From positions 2,622,542 to 2,686,541 of the forward strand of contig NC_015856.1 in the NCBI RefSeq assembly GCF_000221045.1: DNA of 64,000 nucleotides. Direction: 5' to 3'. Shown one piece after another: positions 46,601-54,125 of the stretch. Each line of letters begins with the position of its first letter. The first letter of the stretch is position 1. Source of the stretch: Collimonas fungivorans Ter331 (GTDB taxonomy: Bacteria; Pseudomonadota; Gammaproteobacteria; Burkholderiales; Burkholderiaceae_D). Position numbers and translations under genes: made by a program. The notes below the pieces were generated by a model, which saw only the letters and a program-made list of their open reading frames with translations, did no database searches and had not been told where the DNA came from.

Positions 46601-48120
46601 GATGCCGCCTGTATGCTGGCATTCTGCCCGGCCTGCCATATGCCGCCCGCGTTGCTCAACTGGCCGCCGGCGCTGACATTGAGGTTATTGCCAGCGGCGA
46701 CATTGCTGCCGCTGGCCAGCAAGTTGCCGGCGCTGGCGGTCAGATTGACGTTCTTGTCAGAGTTGAGCTGGCTGCCGGAGAAACTGAGATTCAGCGCCTG
46801 CAGGTTGAGATCGCCGGCGGCAAGCAATTTGCCGCCGCTATCCGTGATGCCGGCGGCATTCAGGTTCAGTGCCCCGCCGCTGGCGATAGAGCCGCTATTG
46901 GCTGCGACGCCATTGATGGCAAGCGTCAGGTTGTCGGCGCTGCGCTGGATCGTCGAGCCGCTATTGCTCAAGGCGCCGGCATTGACGATCAGTTGTCCTT
47001 GAGAATCCAGCGTACCCTGCTGCGCCAGGCTGCCGCCGCTGGCGATGGTCGTACTGCCTTCGCTTTGGGTCTGCCCGATCAACACGGTGTTGCCGTTCGC
47101 CGCCAGCTGGATATTCTGTTTGGCGTAGCTGTCTTTCAAGGTCAGGTCGCCATTGCTCGATAACACCAGGTTGCCCTGCAAGGCGGCAACCCTGCCGCTG
47201 CTGTTGACGCCGAGGCCCTGTTCCGTGGAAACCAGGTACACCTGGTTGGCATACATGCCGCCCAGATCTTTGATGTCGATCGCAAAGCGCGGCGCGGCGC
47301 CGGTGCCGACTTGCGGCGTGGTTTGCAGCGTGCCGTACAGCACCTGGTTGGCGCCAGCCAGGGCATTCAGGTTCTTGGCCCAGACTTCGCCTTCGATCAC
47401 CAGGCCGCGGGCGATCAGGTCAAGCTGTTCGATATTGCTGGCGTTCAGGCCGCCGCTGCCGATCGTCAATTGCCCTTGGCCGACATTGAAGCCGTTGATC
47501 GCGCCGTTTGCGCCGAACTGGACCTGGCCGGTGGTCAGCGTGCCGCGATTGGCGTTCAGGAAGCCGCAGCCGTCGCAAGTGATGCCGTTCGGATTGGCGA
47601 CCACGATGTTGGCGCGTTGTCCTGCGACCTCAATGGTGCCGCGCAGCTGGCTGGGGTTGTTCGACACCACTTCATTAAGAATGATGCGCGCCGGCGTATT
47701 TCCCAATTGCGGATTGCCGGTGATCCAGCCGCCCAGCTGGGTTTGCGTATTGCCGCTGCTGTTGTTGAGAATCAGGCCGTTGGGATTGACATTGAACTGG
47801 CCGTACTGGTTGCGCGAAACGCCGCTGGCGCTGGGCGGCGCGATCAGCACGATCGGCACGCCGTTCTGTGCGCCATCGATCAGCGGACGCTGGCCGGCAG
47901 GTGCGTTGGGCGATGCTGCAATGGGCAGATTGCCTGCCTGCGCCGGCAATACGGCCAGAACGGTCTGGCACAGGTACAGGGCAAGCATGGTTTTCGCCGT
48001 GCGCCGCATCCAGGAACGCTCCGACAGCGCAGGTCGCGATGGATCCCGTGCGTTAACTGCGGCTTGCTGCTGCATTTGTCGTTGATGCGAATTCATGACT
48101 TCCCCATTCCCGTAATTCAT
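37660..48120 (-). CDS. cdiA: CdiA contact-dependent inhibition exoprotein (TpsA/filamentous-haemagglutinin family), 3486 aa
   Basis: An N-terminal TPS secretion domain is present (NGVPIVLIAPP...FNVNPNGLILNN...VVANPNGITCDGCGF). A very long FHA-type beta-helical repeat body follows. A VENN-like pretoxin motif GLNVEANN lies at 38758..38772 (VEANN). It is followed by a ~366-aa C-terminal domain of unrelated, low-GC sequence. Confidence 0.9.
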   Translation of the reverse strand: MNYGNGEVMNSHQRQMQQQAAVNARDPSRPALSERSWMRRTAKTMLALYLCQTVLAVLPAQAGNLPIAASPNAPAGQRPLIDGAQNGVPIVLIAPPSASGVSRNQYGQFNVNPNGLILNNSSGNTQTQLGGWITGNPQLGNTPARIILNEVVSNNPSQLRGTIEVAGQRANIVVANPNGITCDGCGFLNANRGTLTTGQVQFGANGAINGFNVGQGQLTIGSGGLNASNIEQLDLIARGLVIEGEVWAKNLNALAGANQVLYGTLQTTPQVGTGAAPRFAIDIKDLGGMYANQVYLVSTEQGLGVNSSGRVAALQGNLVLSSNGDLTLKDSYAKQNIQLAANGNTVLIGQTQSEGSTTIASGGSLAQQGTLDSQGQLIVNAGALSNSGSTIQRSADNLTLAINGVAANSGSIASGGALNLNAAGITDSGGKLLAAGDLNLQALNLSFSGSQLNSDKNVNLTASAGNLLASGSNVAAGNNLNVSAGGQLSNAGGIWQAGQNASIQAASVSNVGGTLLANGQLGVTTAGKLDNSGGKLMGSQAVALNAQQLVNDANGLVASDLATRISATQGISNQGGMLSGKTDLTVDANGAAINNTAGTLVSDASLNVSAGALDNSRGQLTARAQNGGAATLNLASLSNRQGVIDAAGSLALSTSGAIDNTQGSIASGTTASAAAGGAQIQSASLTNNGGQVIARDTLAINTGALGNDAIGAGKGILASNKGAVTINAGAASNIGGLVTSATGTTLNTQALNSSGGEISSGAALAINTAGQTLTNTGGRILANGKVEIQAGAVASNANGAQAALISSGSSLDIRASTLNNGGSVIVAGNTADASAGKVDLELGGGALSNNGGAIQSTNAMTINAGTVGNQSGQITANNTVNLNAASVDNTAGLVSAVNTLAVASAAAIQNGRGQLASNGNLSLSASTLDNIQGMVSAKQQADLKLGTGLLNNAGGQIVGTQALTVQSGEIRNAAGTIASGANLVLNTQGQAFDNSAGQVVASGNLDIASAQLNNSGGTIASLKGAAGINTGGQALTNDSGKIQAAGNTTLSAGNTSNVKGLISGQDITIAAATFDNAGAQVVAAGNLSTSTAALNNTQGLLQSVGNARIDSHGQAIVNRSSGNSGGIVSGGTLDVKGGSLDNQAGYVASNGKQTLAVAGDLDNRSSGQIVANGSNTITAANVLNSSGLIQSLGDIGITAAGSISNNGGQVAANGDAVLNAVNIDNSAAGNISATNIRASANSISNAGGNIKAGKDAVITTALGAASLDNTGGLVSAKHDVTINATALNNASGKIVGDNSATVTTSSNSLSGTIASSNAVTLNVNGDYNNTGLLSAQKTLTVNASNITNSGTLTSGDTLNVTAGNLTNSGEISAQTTNLNVSGTLTNSSTGLIDGVTTNIIAGTTNNSGRIYGDLLRISGGAVNNSGSGTIAARNTLLIGVQNLSNTEGGLIYSLGDLGIGGAIDGNGNLQGSVENLLNASAKIEAQGNLAITAASLVNRNNHLTTRVVVDPTINQDQVQPSGSATKYKSSDCFGVGGGGDSVSCIVHPDKYGQRSTVATARTVIPDSCSGSGDSQTCIPGSIVDNYPWNSPVFAQFGVATVTSAAPVEPNGGPGGCSFMTDNGSVDLTTPQCVQWRKDYAVWSTAYEATLDALAPKIDSYNASVREDNRLDQFEDYTWYKVTASSSHIEVTNSAPAQILSGGSMTLNGSVTNQDSQIVAGGALAIVGPTVRNLATQGESRTTYSGTAEFTHVDSCGTFGGSHCRSWDGAQPYNAAPQVISVDLPTVVYQQNAGNQTDSRNLGVSTANPDGSVAGAVSSAIGNARIIGAQAVNAVLATGAGADSIGRALPVVQSVAANGTGLRAHDVILTTPPRLILPNNSLFTIHPEPGSRYLVETDPRFTNQRNFLSSDYFLQALNRDPERNLKRYGDGFYEQQLINDQILALTGRRYLTSYTSTEDEYKALMNAGVAYANQYQLSPGVALSAEQMANLTTDIVWLVSRSVTLADGSTQQVLVPQVYLRRPQGGDLQQSGALIAGGDVMIKTDSDLVNSGSIAATNSTTLLAGNDLLNQGGRISGQDIVARARNDLVNLSGVIQGSGNDSIVTLLAGRDIVLQTRTIDTVNPEATSTRTNIDRIATVQGGTVTLNAARDLVVKGANVSAVGTASTDNPNGGNLIATAGRDVKVSAVTGQYQIDVENPAGHSVEGRTGFIKESTVSNQLASLNASNNLGLAAGQGGSGDLTLKGANLNAGNNALLSGSNVSIEAVKDSVVNDIQTVGKKEYHRIGSADETLVGGNVNAGNNLTVKATGTPSGATDASGSVVAQAGSGNITLTSAYLATTTGQVTLAANNDVTIKSATTEHSTVQESYVKSGDAMSTTTTTIAKHSSLQQAEGSTVSGNSVLAVAGHDINIQGSNVVGTKDVTLAAANNVNILTAQSKSAQSSYEKKETSGLFSTGASITMGSKEQDNENTLKTVTNTGSVIGSTGGNLTINAGEHYTQTGSRVVAPAGDISIAAKSVDINAAFDTSEQNSKTHTEQSGLSLGVSSPIVSALQSIEQMSDASKKTDDSRMKLLAAAAAAMTAKAVADAAANPSVTVSLTIGASKSDSQSKQTSSTAVGSSVAAGGNLAISATGADKDSNVNILGSNISAGKDASIKADGDINLQATQSTSDQHSTSSSSSAAVGIAATYGSNGLAFGVTANASGSRGKADGDDVTQNNTHVVAGNTLTLESGHDTNIKGGVASARQVIADVGTSGQGNLNIESLQDTSNYKSKDQSIGGSVTIGYGFAASGNYSQTKVNGSFASVGEQSGIAAGDGGFQVKVNGNTDLKGGVIASSDKAIQDNKNSLATQTLTQVDIKNHSDFDASGFGVSGGFGVGGDKGDGKAADGSTAKAPTVGGQTLQTFQTGSTGTSAGIGSASGSSSSTTRSGISGGVVTITDDAAQQAKTGTTAVQTVASINRDVSTAKDSSGALTKDWDGQKLKDDVSAQVQITSTFGQQAAKNIGDYAKGKEDGLRAQAQTAKNSGDLDGAAALSAEADKWTDGGAYRVALHTAAGALSGGLGGAAGALTSATAMNVIGDEIKKMDLPADLKQGLAQIAATALGAAIGGAAGAASGLNVEANNRQLHQDERQWAKDKAQQYQQYLAKNYDEKITAEEAYQRLLSAGYAMVDDAALVGGKSDEKAKQFISENKTGNLFTATAIERRDSRLGGNPDGSWTPEQQARFGAKTPGENASKLVTIATDYLGKPCGANCGAKFDAINNAVLALEAAKPLYQDDVGSITLINRQIELLKNGIGYEERVRGAAQSIGNTDKAIAAALLGGPSRIIAGNATADTLNTVSLVQQLKDLRLVLPSGPKTGGNMGIAQIDIPGIPSTMAASSQINTPTITQQALGFVGQVPETFTSSAVPSASGVLINRAVDSEAKILNNVAARLGDNTSVAGTINLLTERAPCSSCSNIIQQFQTKYPNIIINVMDNNGIVLRPPKKGL

Positions 48121-48232
48121 TCAATTGCGCAAACGCCGCCGGCCCGGCGGCGCCCTTGCGATATGTCATTGCCGCCAGTCGTGCCGGCGGTCTATTTTTC
48201 TGGACTGCGATACTGCTTTGAATCCCTGTTCG

Positions 48233-50017
48233 TCAAAAGGCGTAGGTCAGCGACACATAAGGACCCCAGCGCTGCGTCTTGAAACCTTCCGGCTTGTACA
48301 ACGGCGTGCCGAGCGAAACATCCATCTGCAGCGCCTTCCATTTGCCGCGCATGCCGATTGCAGCACCGGCCAGCTTGCTGCCGATCAGCAGGGCTTCGCT
48401 GGCGCCCCAGACACGGCCGGCGTCGAGGCCCAGGTAGATTTGCGTGTCGAGGCCCGGGATCAGGTTGGCCGGCATGCTGAGGTCGTTGCGAAAATAGAAG
48501 CCGCTTTCCGCCAGCAGGACGCTGTCGCCGTCAAAACCGCGCACGCTGTAGCGATTGCCTATCGATATCTGGTCGACCGACAGCAGTGCGTCGTTAGTCA
48601 CCTGCGCATGTATCGAACCGGTATATTGGAATGACTGTTTTCCCAGCGCGAACGGCTGGTTGTAGCTGGCGTTCAAGGTCCAGATCTGCGGCCGGTTGGT
48701 CAGGTTGACGAGGCCGTCCACCTGCGGGAAATCGTCCTGCGCGCTGAACCACGGCATGCCGCGCTGATAGCCGAGGTCGATGTCGAGGTCGCCTTGTCCT
48801 ATCAATTTCTTGTAGGTCGCGCCGGCTTCCAGCCGGGTGGTGCGGCGCCGCTGTACGACCAGCTCGACATCGTCCAGGAAACTGTCTGCGTGGCGCGTCG
48901 CCACACCTGCATACAGGCCGAATTTGGCCGAGGCAGTACGGATGAAAGTGCGGTGCCATTTGAATTCGGCGGTATCGCTGGTGCCGCTGGAAAGGAAATT
49001 GACCGTGGTTCCCTGCACCACCTGTGCAAACCGGTTGTGGCTGTCTGAAATGGTAAAGGTGTTGTAACCCCAGGGAATGCTGTAGTTGAAGGACGCGCTC
49101 TGGCTGCGGTGGTTCGGATCCGGCTGGTCGAGATTACTATTGCCGCTCAGGTTCAGGATGTCGTTCAGGCCGAGAAGATTATCGAGCGCAAGATAGGCGG
49201 ATAACTGGGAACGCCCCAAGCTGCTGCTGCCCGAATTGTCGACTGTGACGCCGCCGCGTATGCGGTCGCCGAGGCTGCCGCTTTGCCGTTCTATATAGAC
49301 GACGCTGGTGTCCGGTTCCGTACCCGGCTCGATGCGCGTGGCAACCGCCTGACTCGGCAGGCGTTTCATTTGTTCGACGCCCTGCTCTAGGTCGCGGATG
49401 TTCAGGATATCGCCAGGTCCCATTGACGGGATCCCGGGGAAAGCATTGCGCCAGGTTCCCCAATTATCGTCCGCTGCCTGCTTGGCGTCGCCCGCCTTGA
49501 CCATTCGCACTTCGCTGATGCGGCCGACGTGCAGCGCCAGCTCAAGGGTGCCGTTGTGGAGATTCTGCTGCGGCAGGCTGACTCGGGTAGTGACGTAGCC
49601 AAGTTCGATCAGCTTGCCATCCAGCGCCGAGGCGATGCGGCGCAAGCCTTCGACGCCGATACAGCGGTTCATGAATGGCAACGCCGCATCCTGCAGCCAG
49701 CCGAAACGTCCGATGCCCTTGCCGGTGAGCGCAATTTCCCGAATCACGAAGCATGGCGATTCGACCGGAAGATCGGTGGATACCTTGGTAGATACCGATG
49801 GACTCAAGACGTCGGACTTGGGTTGCAGCTGCAGTTGCTGTTCGCGAGTGCGCTCCTCCTGCCGGCGCAACCCTTCAGCCGCGCCTCGCTCGGTGCTTAC
49901 CGCAGTCTGCGCTATTCCGTTTTGCACGGCTGCAGCCAGCAAGACAACTAAGCCAATCCCCTTTGCAAAACACAATAAACCACCCGCACCTTTGCCCGAT
50001 AAGGTGTTATTCCCCAT
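48233..50017 (-). CDS. cdiB: CdiB two-partner-secretion outer-membrane transporter (TpsB/ShlB/FhaC family)
   Basis: Signal peptide, POTRA region, and C-terminal beta-barrel ending ...RWGPYVSLTYAF. It lies immediately upstream of cdiA. Confidence 0.85.
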   Translation of the reverse strand: MGNNTLSGKGAGGLLCFAKGIGLVVLLAAAVQNGIAQTAVSTERGAAEGLRRQEERTREQQLQLQPKSDVLSPSVSTKVSTDLPVESPCFVIREIALTGKGIGRFGWLQDAALPFMNRCIGVEGLRRIASALDGKLIELGYVTTRVSLPQQNLHNGTLELALHVGRISEVRMVKAGDAKQAADDNWGTWRNAFPGIPSMGPGDILNIRDLEQGVEQMKRLPSQAVATRIEPGTEPDTSVVYIERQSGSLGDRIRGGVTVDNSGSSSLGRSQLSAYLALDNLLGLNDILNLSGNSNLDQPDPNHRSQSASFNYSIPWGYNTFTISDSHNRFAQVVQGTTVNFLSSGTSDTAEFKWHRTFIRTASAKFGLYAGVATRHADSFLDDVELVVQRRRTTRLEAGATYKKLIGQGDLDIDLGYQRGMPWFSAQDDFPQVDGLVNLTNRPQIWTLNASYNQPFALGKQSFQYTGSIHAQVTNDALLSVDQISIGNRYSVRGFDGDSVLLAESGFYFRNDLSMPANLIPGLDTQIYLGLDAGRVWGASEALLIGSKLAGAAIGMRGKWKALQMDVSLGTPLYKPEGFKTQRWGPYVSLTYAF

Positions 50018-50208
50018 TTATTGCTTTCTATTTATTTTTTCCCTGGCAAGAATTATAGTTAGAAAGTTAATTTTGAATAATTGAAATATGTCTGAATTGT
50101 AAATTTTCACAATAATTAACATGCGAAGTGGAAATTGGTTGCGCAATAACAACATAGCCCAACTACAATGAAGCGCATCCTAGGCACCCCTTACCGGAGC
50201 AGCGACGC

Positions 50209-51498
50209 GTGACAAATCTCAAACTTCCCGTGCAGAACCCAGGCCGCACCGCTGCCATGCCCTTCATCATGCTGACCGTCCTGATCGACATGATTTCAAT
50301 CGGCCTGATCATCCCGGTGCTGCCAGTGTTGGTCGGGAAATTCACCGGTTCGCAAGCCGACCAGGCATTCTGGTATGGCGCGGTGGCTTTCGCTTTCGGC
50401 ATCGCGAATTTTTTCGGCTCGCCTATCCTCGGCGCCCTGTCCGACCGGTACGGCCGGCGGCCGGTGCTGCTGCTGGGATTTTGCGGGCTGGCGCTGAATT
50501 TTTTTGCAACCGCGTTTTCGACTGCGCTGTGGATGCTGATCGTGGTGCGCCTGGTCGGCGGCGCCATGCAGTCCAATGCGGCGGTCTGCAATGCCTATGT
50601 GGCCGATATCACGCCGCCGGAGCAGCGCGCCAAGCGCTTCGGCATGATAGGCGCGATGTTCGGCGTCGGTTTTATCGTCGGCCCGGTGATGGGCGGTTTG
50701 CTGGGTGCGGTCAATCTGCGCCTGCCGTTCATCGTGGCCGGCAGCCTGGCCTTGCTGAACCTGATGTATGGTTATTTCGTGCTGCCGGAGTCGCTGCCGC
50801 TGGAGCGGCGCCGCAGCTTCGGCTGGCGGGCGGCAAATCCGCTGGCCTCGCTGCAAGCCTTGTCGCGCCTGAAAGCGGTTGGACCGCTGGTCGCCGTGAT
50901 CGCCTGCAACGGTCTGGCGCAATTCATGTTGTTTACCACCTGGGTGCTGTACACCACGTTCAAGTTCGGCTGGGGACCGCTGGAGAACGGCCAGTCGCTG
51001 GCGGCGGTCGGCGTCATGTCGGTGATCGTGCAAGGGGTATTGCTGGGGCCGTTGCTGAAGCGCTTCAGCCCGCAGCGGCTGGCGGTGATCGGGCTGGTCT
51101 CTTCCACTGCTGCCTATATCTTGTGGGGCGTCGCCAGCCAGTCGTGGATGATGTATGCGGTGATTTTCGCCAATATATTCGGCGCTACCGTGAACGCCTC
51201 GATCCAGAGCATCATTTCCGGCGCGGTGGATTCGCACAGCCAGGGCCAGGCCTTGGGTGCGGTCAGCTCGCTCAACAGCCTGATGGCGGTGATCGCCCCG
51301 GTTATCGGCGCGCCATTGCTGGGTGCGGTGTCGCACCTGCCGAAAGGCGACTGGCGGATCGGCGCGCCGTTCTATTTTTGCGCGGTGCTGCAGCTGGCAG
51401 CGCTGGTGCTGGCTTTCCTGCATTTCCGGCGCCAGCGCCGCCAGCGCGCAGAGGCCCAGCCAGCGGGCGCTGCGCTGAAGACCGAGGATGTACTGTAA
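50209..51498 (+). CDS. MFS transporter, TetA/TCR-like drug:H+ antiporter family
   Basis: 12-TM MFS protein with GALSDRYGRRPVLLLG (motif A) and the TCR-family arrangement. Confidence 0.8.
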   Translation: MTNLKLPVQNPGRTAAMPFIMLTVLIDMISIGLIIPVLPVLVGKFTGSQADQAFWYGAVAFAFGIANFFGSPILGALSDRYGRRPVLLLGFCGLALNFFATAFSTALWMLIVVRLVGGAMQSNAAVCNAYVADITPPEQRAKRFGMIGAMFGVGFIVGPVMGGLLGAVNLRLPFIVAGSLALLNLMYGYFVLPESLPLERRRSFGWRAANPLASLQALSRLKAVGPLVAVIACNGLAQFMLFTTWVLYTTFKFGWGPLENGQSLAAVGVMSVIVQGVLLGPLLKRFSPQRLAVIGLVSSTAAYILWGVASQSWMMYAVIFANIFGATVNASIQSIISGAVDSHSQGQALGAVSSLNSLMAVIAPVIGAPLLGAVSHLPKGDWRIGAPFYFCAVLQLAALVLAFLHFRRQRRQRAEAQPAGAALKTEDVL

Positions 51499-51501
51499 CC
51501 G

Positions 51502-52656
51502 TCAGGCGGTGGCGGGAACCCGCAACGGCGAACCATGCTCCGGCGCCCGCGTGGAGAGACGGCTGAGCGGGATCTCCACCCAGCGATAGAAAACCGCGCC
51601 GGCGCCAAGGCTGGCAGCCCAGGCCAGCGCCATGCCGCAGGCCTGCAATAGCGGCTGCGCCGGCACAAACTTGGCGAAAGCCGCATTCACCACCAGGCAG
51701 ACCGGGAAATGCACCAGGAAGATGGAGTAGGAAATCCGTCCGAATGAGCGTATCCAGGCAAAACGCTGGCGCGACAGCAGTATCCCGCGCCGGCTCACCA
51801 GCACCAGCGCGCAAGCCACCAGCAAGGCGACCGCGATGCGGCTGCGGAAATCGATCGCCAATGCATACAAGGTCGGCAACACTATCGCCGCCAGCAGCAG
51901 CGCGACCACCGCCGGCCGCCGGCCCAGGTCGCGCGCCCACCAGGCAATCACGCCCAGGCCGTAGCTGCCGAAGAAATACGGCGCCCAGGCGTCCCACGCG
52001 GCATCGCGGTTGAAGTACAGCAGCGAAACGCTGACGCCGGCCGCTACCAGCACCGGCGCCAGCCATGGCATGGCGCGCCGCCTGGCCAGGCCGCCGGTCA
52101 GCCATAGCAGCATGGTCAACAGCGCGTACAGCTGGAAATCGATGGCGACGTACCAGGCGCCGGCCGAGATCGATTCGTAGCCCAATATGGAATGCAGCAA
52201 CAAGGCATGGGCGGCCAGCTGCATGCCGGTCGGCATGGCGGAAATGGAGTAATGCGTCATCCACAGCGCAGCCCAGGCAGAAGCGCCTATCGCCAGCAAG
52301 GTCGCCACCAGGAACGGTGGCACCAGCTTCATGTAGCGCCGCCACAAGACGCGCAGCGGATCGGACACGGTGGAAACGCCCTGCGGCGACAAGGATTTGG
52401 CGGCCAGGAAACCGCCGACCACCAGGAATACCTGGACCGCGATGCGGGCGTAGGTATCCAGCCAGTCGATCAGAACCGGCGCGACAGGACGCACATGATC
52501 CGCCATCGGCCCGTAGAACGCCAGATGGTGCAAGACAATCAGTTGCGCCGCAATGACCTTGAGCAGGTCGATAAAGCCGAATTGGAAATTGGAACCACGG
52601 TCAGATGCTTTGGATGAGCTTGATGGCAGCGGTGAAACGCTCATTGGTGCATCCAT
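51502..52656 (-). CDS. Acyltransferase family 3 (OpgC/OafA-like) membrane protein
   Basis: FGFIDLLKVIAAQLIVLHHL is the acyltransferase-3 N-terminal motif. Multi-TM. Confidence 0.75.
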   Translation of the reverse strand: MDAPMSVSPLPSSSSKASDRGSNFQFGFIDLLKVIAAQLIVLHHLAFYGPMADHVRPVAPVLIDWLDTYARIAVQVFLVVGGFLAAKSLSPQGVSTVSDPLRVLWRRYMKLVPPFLVATLLAIGASAWAALWMTHYSISAMPTGMQLAAHALLLHSILGYESISAGAWYVAIDFQLYALLTMLLWLTGGLARRRAMPWLAPVLVAAGVSVSLLYFNRDAAWDAWAPYFFGSYGLGVIAWWARDLGRRPAVVALLLAAIVLPTLYALAIDFRSRIAVALLVACALVLVSRRGILLSRQRFAWIRSFGRISYSIFLVHFPVCLVVNAAFAKFVPAQPLLQACGMALAWAASLGAGAVFYRWVEIPLSRLSTRAPEHGSPLRVPATA

Positions 52657-52757
52657 GTTAAAAAAGATGCCAATGATAAAGACTCAAACGCGCTTGTCCA
52701 GCATAATAATATCTTGTAACATTTCTTAGCGGTAACAAAATAATTACTTAAAAACCA

Positions 52758-54125
52758 TCATTCACCGCGGTCTTGCATTTTCCCCACCGCTAGCTGGTAT
52801 TTCTTGAGCTTGTCATACAGGGTTTTCTTGGGCAGCCCCAGGCGGTCGGCGGCGATGGCGACGTTGCCGCCGCTGGCGTTCAGCGTCTCAGCGATCAACA
52901 TGCGTTCGTAGTTATCCATCTGCTGCGGCAAAGATACGCCGCTGGGCAGGTCGTCGCCTTCCTGGACCGTTAGATCGGCCACGCCTTCCGCCACTCCCAG
53001 CACCAGGCGGTCGGCAAAATTGCGCAGCTCGCGCACGTTGCCAGGCCAGTCGCGGGTTTGCCATTGCGCCATCTGCGCCAGCGTCCATTGCGGCAACGGC
53101 CGCTGGTAACGCAGCGCGGCGCCCTGGATGAAGTGCGCCAGCAGCAGCGGGATATCCTCACGCCGCTCATTGAGGCGCGGCAGGTCGATGCTGACCACGC
53201 CGATGCGGTAATACAGGTCTTCGCGAAAACTGCCTTGCGCGCTCATCTGCAGCAGGTTGGCCTTGCTGGCGGCGATGATGCGGCAATCGATGGCGATCGG
53301 CTCGTTGCCGCCGAGACGCTCCAGTTTCCGCTCCTGCAGCACGCGCAGCAGTTTCACCTGCAAGGCCAGCGGCATGCTTTCGATTTCGTCGAGGAACACC
53401 GTGCCGCCCTTGGCGTATTCGAGCTTGCCGATGCGCCGTTTCTGGGCGCTGGTGAAAGCTCCTGCCTCATGGCCGAAAATCTCGCTTTCGAATACGGCTT
53501 CCGGCAGCGCGCCGCAATTGATGGCGACAAACGATCCTTTGCGGCCGCTGGCGACGTGCAGCTGGCGCGCCACCACTTCCTTGCCGCTGCCGGTCTGGCC
53601 GTTGACCAGGATGTCGACCATGGTCGGCCCGACGCTGCGGATCATGGTGCGGACCTTTTCGATCGCGGCCGACTGCCCGATCAGGCTCGGCATGTCCGGA
53701 TGCGCCACCCAGGCCGCCTTGAGGCGCCGGTTCTCCAGGATCAGGCTGCGCTTTTCCTGCGCCCGGTGGGCGGTTTCCATCAGCCGCTCGGCGGCGAACG
53801 GCTTTTCGATGAAGTCGTAGGCGCCGGCGCGCATGGCGTCGACCGCCATGCTGACGTCGCCATGGCCGGTCACCACAATCACCGGCAGGTCGGGATCCAG
53901 CGTCACGACCTGGGTCAGCAATTCCAGGCCGGAACGTCCCGGCAACCGCACGTCGGTGACAATCACGCCGGCAAAACCAGGGCTCAGCCAGGCTTGCGCC
54001 TGTTCCACGCTATCGCAGGCATGGACGGTAAACCCGCCCAATTCCAGCGTCTGCGCAATCGCTTCCCGCACTGCCTGTTCATCCTCGATCAATACTGCTT
54101 CCAGCGTTGCCACCCCTGCCTCCAT
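52758..54125 (-). CDS. dctD: Sigma-54-dependent response regulator (NtrC/DctD family)
   Basis: REC domain (IVTDVRLPGRSGLELL), sigma54-interaction AAA+ domain (GQTGSGKEVVARQLH...GAFTSA...ESEIFGHE) and a C-terminal Fis HTH. ATG at 54125 overlaps the kinase stop. Confidence 0.85.
   Translation of the reverse strand: MEAGVATLEAVLIEDEQAVREAIAQTLELGGFTVHACDSVEQAQAWLSPGFAGVIVTDVRLPGRSGLELLTQVVTLDPDLPVIVVTGHGDVSMAVDAMRAGAYDFIEKPFAAERLMETAHRAQEKRSLILENRRLKAAWVAHPDMPSLIGQSAAIEKVRTMIRSVGPTMVDILVNGQTGSGKEVVARQLHVASGRKGSFVAINCGALPEAVFESEIFGHEAGAFTSAQKRRIGKLEYAKGGTVFLDEIESMPLALQVKLLRVLQERKLERLGGNEPIAIDCRIIAASKANLLQMSAQGSFREDLYYRIGVVSIDLPRLNERREDIPLLLAHFIQGAALRYQRPLPQWTLAQMAQWQTRDWPGNVRELRNFADRLVLGVAEGVADLTVQEGDDLPSGVSLPQQMDNYERMLIAETLNASGGNVAIAADRLGLPKKTLYDKLKKYQLAVGKMQDRGE

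Noticed and set aside
45101-47002. 633-aa plus-strand ORF, one of many 100-500-aa plus-strand ORFs inside cdiA
   Set aside because: It is antisense to the very well supported cdiA reading frame. Its composition is Pro/Ala/Leu/Arg-rich low-complexity typical of spurious antisense ORFs in high-GC DNA. No motifs are present.
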